Shown here piece after piece: positions 25,259-26,574 of a stretch of DNA of 26,574 nucleotides. The notes beneath the pieces are model-generated. The model did not search any database and was not told the DNA's origin. It was given only the letters and a program-made list of their open reading frames with translations. How positions within the stretch are numbered: position 1 is the stretch's first letter; each line of letters opens with the position of its first letter. The stretch lies in IMG/VR virus record IMGVR_UViG_3300017780_002913, positions 1 to 26,574 of that record, one strand, 5' to 3'. The position numbers were made by a program, and so were the translations under genes. The DNA comes from a virus. Lineage: Duplodnaviria > Caudoviricetes.

Positions 25259-26167
25259 ATGGGCAAGGCAGTCAAGAGTGTTGGTCGCGCCGTTAAGAAG
25301 GTTGGACGGTCCATTGCAAAAGTTCAAAAAGGCGTGATGAAAACCATCAATAAGTTTCAAAAGAAAGTTCGTCAATCAAAAATTGGCAAAATTATCATTG
25401 CCGCTGCTGCAATCTACTTCGGTGGTGCCGCACTCGCTGGCGCAATGGGTGGTGCGTCCGCTGGCACCGGATTTATGGGCACGCTGTCTGGCGCAGTACA
25501 GGGGGCTGGCGCAGGCATCTCGAGCGCGTGGTCCGGCCTCACCGGTGCGGCAAGCGCCGCGATGGGCGGCAACCTTTCAGCTGCCGGTAGTTCGCTTTCC
25601 GGCGGTTTCACTGGCGCGTATGGCGCCGGCGCTAATGCTGTGGCCCCAGCGCTTGGCACGGGCATCACTGCAGTTCCTGGCACTGGAATGTCCTTGACCA
25701 GCGCAGGCAGCGGAGGCGGACTTACGGCGCCTTCTGGGGCGCTCACCAGTGCTGCGGCACCTGCCGGCAGCGTGGGCGGTCTGACTGCCGGCGTTGGAGC
25801 TGGTAGCGCTGGCGCAGGGGCGGCACAAGGAGGAATCGCCCAAGGCTTGATTGGCTCAGCAAAGGTTTCCGCTGCAACCCAGCTGGCGGGTAACGTAATT
25901 CAGGGTTACGGCCAGAAAAAGGCAATGGAAGAGCAGCGCGACTACGAGTTTGAGCAGCAGCAAGCAGCTCAGGATCGCTATAACCAAAATGTTGGAACGA
26001 ATTGGTGGGGCAACTCTGGCGCGCCCAGTGCTCCTTCGCAATACGCACAGTCCGCGCCCACTGGCTTAGTCTCCGGCGCCATGACACCTCGACAGCAGTA
26101 TGAAGATGAGATGCGCGCCTTACTGAGCAAGTACAACCCATACGCTGCTGGCAGCGGATACGCTTGA
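25259..26167 (+). CDS. Gly/Ala-rich putative membrane-penetrating ejection protein (302 aa)
   Basis: GAGGTG RBS; cationic amphipathic N-terminus, hydrophobic IIIAAAAIYFGGAALAG, glycine-zipper region, Q/E-rich helix. Confidence 0.7.
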   Translation: MGKAVKSVGRAVKKVGRSIAKVQKGVMKTINKFQKKVRQSKIGKIIIAAAAIYFGGAALAGAMGGASAGTGFMGTLSGAVQGAGAGISSAWSGLTGAASAAMGGNLSAAGSSLSGGFTGAYGAGANAVAPALGTGITAVPGTGMSLTSAGSGGGLTAPSGALTSAAAPAGSVGGLTAGVGAGSAGAGAAQGGIAQGLIGSAKVSAATQLAGNVIQGYGQKKAMEEQRDYEFEQQQAAQDRYNQNVGTNWWGNSGAPSAPSQYAQSAPTGLVSGAMTPRQQYEDEMRALLSKYNPYAAGSGYA

Positions 26168-26181
26168 TAGGGAGAAGAATT

Positions 26182-26574
26182 GTGGCCGGTTTAATTTCAG
26201 AACAGATGCAGGGTGCTAGTGGCACACCTGCTGGGCAGATGCCTTCAGATCCAATGGCTGAGCAAATGGCTCCAGACCAAATGGGCGAAGAGCAGGAAGA
26301 CAATGTTGATGATCCGAATTTTGATGTTGCCATTCAGTATTTAAACGATGTTCTGTACGCGCAGGAAGCCGCAAAAGACATTTCGAAGCAGCTTCAGTCC
26401 GCACCAGACTTGGCTGCTGGCATGTCAGATGTGGCTTACAACATCACCTCGATCATTGATGACAAAACAGACGGAAACGTGCCGGACGAGTTTCTTGTTC
26501 CTCTTGCGATGCAAGTTCTCGAGGAGGTCGTTGACATTGCAGAAGCAACCGGACTCAATCCGCAGCCGGAAGAC
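26182..26574 (+). CDS. Partial (3'-truncated) acidic protein MAGLISEQMQG..., probably part of the internal virion module; absent from the ORF track
   Basis: AGGGAG RBS, GTG start, 131 codons open to the window end. Confidence 0.75.
   Translation, partial: MAGLISEQMQGASGTPAGQMPSDPMAEQMAPDQMGEEQEDNVDDPNFDVAIQYLNDVLYAQEAAKDISKQLQSAPDLAAGMSDVAYNITSIIDDKTDGNVPDEFLVPLAMQVLEEVVDIAEATGLNPQPED

Noticed and set aside
1-26574. tRNA, rRNA, integrase, transposase or att site
   Set aside because: None recognised by eye; lifestyle (temperate or lytic) cannot be determined from this window.

Overview
A 26.6 kb segment of a GC-rich tailed dsDNA phage or prophage with podovirus-like architecture. A Gram-negative host is supported by the SAR endolysin and Rz/Rz1 spanins; a betaproteobacterial host is only a guess. 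All real genes are on the + strand. Order: tightly coupled small accessory genes, including a thermonuclease-like gene and a Zn-finger gene (1-3406); terminase small and large subunits; portal; an inserted five-gene module of unknown, probably virion-appendage proteins (7855-10692); small head gene, scaffold, N4-gp56-like major capsid and decoration genes; adaptor and nozzle; a 1526-aa tail fibre with an internal ~310-aa duplication and a C-terminal S74 chaperone; a lysis cassette; then putative DNA-ejection proteins with a GNAT-like gene. Most notable: (i) a 15-bp pseudo-palindromic box, TAT(C/A)(A/G)CAWTG(A/C)T(G/A)TW, at the head of four late modules, two copies inside sigma70-like promoters that run straight into terminators, one of which may produce an sRNA with an anti-Shine-Dalgarno seed; (ii) an ejection protein with 14 in-register Gln-rich 11-residue repeats resembling the phiX174 H tube; (iii) the five-gene insert containing a protein with 11 x 22-aa repeats. 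All functional calls come from motif recognition and synteny; no database search was run.
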